Under the pieces are notes generated by a model that saw only the letters and a program-made list of their open reading frames with translations, did not search any database and was not told the origin of the DNA. The translations under genes and the position numbers were made by a program. From Candidatus Saccharimonadota bacterium (GTDB taxonomy: Bacteria > Patescibacteriota > Patescibacteriia > 2-12-FULL-60-25): 32,000 nt of DNA. How positions within the stretch are numbered: position 1 is the first letter of the stretch; each line of letters opens with the position of its first letter. The DNA lies in contig OY970357.1 in NCBI GenBank assembly GCA_963718585.1, forward strand, positions 240,001-272,000, read 5' to 3'. Shown piece by piece: positions 28,536-32,000 of this stretch.

Positions 28536-29933
28536 ATGTCGATCTCTCCGGAAAAAAAGATGGATCTCTTGGTGTCGCTCTGCAAGCGGCGCGGGTTCGT
28601 CTATCCGGATTCCGAGATCTACGGCGGGTTTGCGAATGCATGGGATTTCGGTCCGTACGGGACGGAGCTCAAAAACAACATTCGCGACGAGTGGTGGAAC
28701 CGGTTCGTCCGCATGCGTCCGGATGTCGTCGGGATCGACACGCCGATCATCCAGAATCCAAAGGTCTGGGAAGCGTCCGGACATATACAGAATTTCAGTG
28801 ATCCGCTCGTGGAGTGCAAGCGTTGTCATCATCGGTTCCGTGCGGACCATCTCCTCGAGGCCAAACAGGCTGAGCCGGGGTACGACAAAGAGAAGCCGGC
28901 GGAGCTCAAGGACATCCCGTGTCCGGATTGCGGCGGTCAGCTCACGGACGTGATGCATTTCAACCTCATGTTGAAGACATTCATCGGCGTGAAGGAGGAC
29001 GCAGCGGCGGTGGCATACCTCCGTCCGGAGACCGCGGCTGGCATGTTCACGACGTGGAAGAATATCCGCGATAGCATGCGGGTAAAGCTTCCGCTTGGCG
29101 TGGCGCAGGTCGGACGTGCGTTCCGGAACGAGATCACGCCCGGGAATTTCATCTTCCGACTTCGGGAGTTCGAACAGATGGAGATCGAGTATTTCGTGAA
29201 ACCGGAGGATGCGCCGCGTGCATTTGAAGTCTGGCTCGAGGAGTACAAGACTTGGTGCGCAGACGTGCTTAAAATCGATCCGGCGCATACGCAGTTCCGT
29301 GAGATCCCGGACAACGAGCGCGCATTCTATTCGGCGCGGTCCATTGACCCGGAATATGCGTATCCGTTCGGCATGAAAGAGCTGGGCGGTCTTGCCAACC
29401 GGACGGATTACGACCTCTCGCGTCACCAGGAGGCATCAAAGGAGGATCTGCGTTGGCTTGATCCGGAAACCAATCAGAAGGTTTTGCCGTATGTCATAGA
29501 GCCGACGTGGGGATTGACCCGCTCGGTCCTCGCCGTCCTGTGCGAACATCTTGATATCGACGAGGCAGAGAGCGCGGAGGGCGTCGAAGAGCCGCGCATG
29601 GTCCTTCGCCTGCCGCCGCGTCTCGCGCCGGTCAAAGCTGCTTTTTTCCCCCTGCAAAAGAAAGACGAGCAGACCACGATCACGTCGAAGCTCGCCGCAG
29701 ACCTCCGCATGCATGGCATCAGCGTTGAAGAGGATGCATCCGGATCGATCGGGAAACGGTATCGTCGTCAGGATGAGATCGGGACGCCGTGGTGCTTCAC
29801 GGCGGATCCGGACTCTCCTTCCGACCACAAGGTCACGGTGCGAAACCGTGACACCATGACGCAGGAACGTATCGCCATCGATGACGTCCTTCCTTTTGTT
29901 CAAGATCATCTCACCCGCAACTCCGTCGTATGA
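28536..29933 (+). CDS. glyQS: Glycine--tRNA ligase (alpha2 homodimeric type)
   Basis: At 465 aa, LCKRRGFVYPDSEIYGGFANAWDFGPYGTELKNNI..., FNLMLKTFIG and GVAQVGRAFRNEITPGNFIFRLREFEQMEIEYF are typical of class II GlyRS of the GlyQS type. Confidence 0.97.
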   Translation: MSISPEKKMDLLVSLCKRRGFVYPDSEIYGGFANAWDFGPYGTELKNNIRDEWWNRFVRMRPDVVGIDTPIIQNPKVWEASGHIQNFSDPLVECKRCHHRFRADHLLEAKQAEPGYDKEKPAELKDIPCPDCGGQLTDVMHFNLMLKTFIGVKEDAAAVAYLRPETAAGMFTTWKNIRDSMRVKLPLGVAQVGRAFRNEITPGNFIFRLREFEQMEIEYFVKPEDAPRAFEVWLEEYKTWCADVLKIDPAHTQFREIPDNERAFYSARSIDPEYAYPFGMKELGGLANRTDYDLSRHQEASKEDLRWLDPETNQKVLPYVIEPTWGLTRSVLAVLCEHLDIDEAESAEGVEEPRMVLRLPPRLAPVKAAFFPLQKKDEQTTITSKLAADLRMHGISVEEDASGSIGKRYRRQDEIGTPWCFTADPDSPSDHKVTVRNRDTMTQERIAIDDVLPFVQDHLTRNSVV

Positions 29934-31207
29934 AACCAAAACCACGAAAGCTCGCCAACGGCATGAGCGTCGTCTTGGTGCCGCAAAAAGGCGCCACATC
30001 CATGACCCTGTTCGTCATGACCCGGGTCGGATCCCGGTATGAGTCCAAGGACATCAACGGTGCGTCACATTTCATCGAACATCTGATGTTCAAAGGGACG
30101 AAAAAGCGGCCGACGACGCTCCATATCTCGCGCGAGCTCGATCGATACGGAGCGGAGTACAACGCGTATACGGACAAAGATGTGACCGCCTATTACGTCA
30201 AGATGGATGCGGCACACACACCGCTTGCGGTTGACATCCTGTACGATATGCTCTTTCATTCGACGTACGACCCCAAAGAGATCGATCGCGAACGCGGTGT
30301 GATCGTCGAGGAGATCAACATGTATGAGGACAATCCGCAGCGGCATCTCGAAAATCTCCTCGAGGCGAAACTCTTCCCAAGCTCGACGCTCGGATGGGAC
30401 ATCGCGGGGCCGCGCGAAGTGATCCGGACCGTGCCGCGGTCCAAGCTCATCGCGTATCGGGATGCGTATTATGTCCCGGAGCGGATGACGGTCATCGTCG
30501 CAGGGAAAGTCCAACCCGGGATCTTCGCGCTTTTGGACAAGACTTTTGGCAAGGTCAAGCGCCCGGCGGGCCATGATAAGCCGTTCAAGCCCTTTCCCCC
30601 GACCGTTCTGTCGAAAGACGCGGTCGGATATCAGGACAAGGCGACGGAGCAAGTCCAGTTCGCCATGGCGTTCCATGGGCTGAAGATCGGTCATAAAGAC
30701 ATTGCCGCCGCGCAGATCCTTGCCAATATCCTGGGTGGGAGCATGTCCTCACGGCTCTTTGTCCAGATCCGGGAACGTCGCGGCCTTTGTTATTCGATCC
30801 ACGCCGCGCATCAGGCACGCGAGGACGTCGGGGCGTTCTATATCGAAGCTGGCTTGGACAAGAAGCGATTCAAAGAAGCCGTCACGGCGATCGTCGCTGA
30901 GCTGAAGAAGCTCATCAAGGATGGGGTGACCACGGAAGAGCTACGCCGGGCAAAGGATCACGTCCGCGGCAAGACGACGTTGGCCTTCGAAGACTCCGCC
31001 GTGCAGGCAGAGTGGTATGGCAAGCAATGGTTGTTCCAACGGAAGGTCGAGACGCCAGAGGAGCGCATGCGCCGGTATGAAAAGGTCACGCGCGCGGACG
31101 TCCGTCGGATCGCCAAACAGCTTTTTGTTCCGCAACACATGGCTTCGGCCGTGATCGGTCCGTTCGGGGCGAAGCAGAATGTAACGAAATTGATCACTTG
31201 GAAATGA
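29930..31207 (+). CDS. M16 family zinc metallopeptidase (pitrilysin-like)
   Basis: The inverted zinc motif HFIEHLMFKGT (HxxEH) is present with the downstream E of the family. The ATGA overlap with the glyQS stop suggests translational coupling. Confidence 0.92.
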   Translation: MKPKPRKLANGMSVVLVPQKGATSMTLFVMTRVGSRYESKDINGASHFIEHLMFKGTKKRPTTLHISRELDRYGAEYNAYTDKDVTAYYVKMDAAHTPLAVDILYDMLFHSTYDPKEIDRERGVIVEEINMYEDNPQRHLENLLEAKLFPSSTLGWDIAGPREVIRTVPRSKLIAYRDAYYVPERMTVIVAGKVQPGIFALLDKTFGKVKRPAGHDKPFKPFPPTVLSKDAVGYQDKATEQVQFAMAFHGLKIGHKDIAAAQILANILGGSMSSRLFVQIRERRGLCYSIHAAHQAREDVGAFYIEAGLDKKRFKEAVTAIVAELKKLIKDGVTTEELRRAKDHVRGKTTLAFEDSAVQAEWYGKQWLFQRKVETPEERMRRYEKVTRADVRRIAKQLFVPQHMASAVIGPFGAKQNVTKLITWK

Positions 31208-31214
31208 CGCTACT

Positions 31215-31970
31215 ATGAAGAAGATCATCATCGCCAATTGGAAGATGCACTACGGTCCGATCAAGGCGGGCGCGTGGGTCCGCGCGTTCCGACGCGAGCG
31301 ATTGCCGAAGGACTTGGACGTTGCGGTCGCAGTGCCGCACGTCTCACTGGCAGCCGCGCGCGCCTCGTTGGGTCGTGCATCCATCCCGGCATTGGCCGCC
31401 CAAGATGCGTTTTGGGAGGCAGAAGGCGCTTTCACGGGCGAAGTCTCGCCGCCAATGCTGACCGAATTCGGCGTCGAATTTTGTCTCGTCGGCCACAGCG
31501 AACGCCGTACCTTTCTCGGAGAGACGGATGAGATGGTCGCGAAAAAGACCGCAGCACTTCAGAAAGCCGGGATCATGCCGGTCATCTGTGTGGGAGAGAC
31601 GCAGAATCAGCGGCGCCGAGGTGAGGCGTCGAAGGTGGTTCGGACGCAGGTCCAAGCCGCGATCGCACAACTGAAGGGTGACGGACGTGCGCCAGCGTTG
31701 TTCGCCTATGAGCCGATCTGGGCGATCGGGAGCGGTAAGGCCTGTTCAGCCCAGGATGCGAAAGAGATGCACGAGACGATCCGCAAGGTCCTCCGGAAAA
31801 AGTTCGGTGATACCGCTGACCACATTCGCATCCTCTATGGCGGATCAGTGGATCCGCGGAACGTGCTGGAATACATGACCACGACGGGCGTTGACGGCGC
31901 CCTGGTCGGTGGGGCATCCTTGGATCCCCGGAATTTCGGGTTGCTGTGTCGGGCCGCTATTCCGGCCTAG
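31215..31970 (+). CDS. tpiA: Triosephosphate isomerase
   Basis: IIANWKMH, LVGHSERR, ICVGE, AYEPIWAIGSGK and ILYGGSV are the canonical TIM motifs. Confidence 0.95.
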   Translation: MKKIIIANWKMHYGPIKAGAWVRAFRRERLPKDLDVAVAVPHVSLAAARASLGRASIPALAAQDAFWEAEGAFTGEVSPPMLTEFGVEFCLVGHSERRTFLGETDEMVAKKTAALQKAGIMPVICVGETQNQRRRGEASKVVRTQVQAAIAQLKGDGRAPALFAYEPIWAIGSGKACSAQDAKEMHETIRKVLRKKFGDTADHIRILYGGSVDPRNVLEYMTTTGVDGALVGGASLDPRNFGLLCRAAIPA

Positions 31971-32000
31971 GTCGAATTTCCTGACGCATTGCGTCGAACC

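Overview
This window is 32 kb of GC-rich (about 58-60 % by eye), densely coding bacterial chromosome. The backbone is housekeeping: the 3' part of pheT, dnaE, a T-box-controlled thrS that lacks the N-terminal TGS domain, infC-rpmI-rplT, smpB followed directly by a 400-nt tmRNA (ssrA), an AI-2E family permease, holB, frr, glyQS, an M16 peptidase and tpiA. Four accessory or unknown blocks sit between these genes. (i) 6.2-8.6 kb: two adjacent GGDEF-type genes, one degenerate (AGNDF) and one canonical (GGDEF), that look like a single gene split at a G6 run. (ii) 11.9-13.9 kb: a 670-aa highly charged orphan protein with an internal duplication. (iii) 17.6-21.4 kb: an envelope block of orphan membrane proteins, an HtrA-like PDZ protein with His, Asp and Ser all replaced, and a Wzz-like protein. 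(iv) 21.4-25.7 kb: three secreted cysteine-rich proteins (one signal peptide + coiled coil + beta-barrel-like tail, and two paralogous lipoproteins, one carrying MopE-type CxGxDDDCDG repeats). This last block has its own TTGACA promoters, Shine-Dalgarno sites, hairpin-dense spacers, and coding repeats with indels. Many core genes lack a Shine-Dalgarno and instead have a -10-like hexamer 6-8 nt upstream of the ATG, a leaderless style. One example is a divergent pair whose start codons are 20 bp apart and share overlapping -10 boxes. I saw no rRNA, tRNA, CRISPR array, transposase or integrase. The short ThrRS and the many orphan membrane proteins are reminiscent of reduced-genome, Patescibacteria-like lineages, but taxonomy cannot be established from this window.
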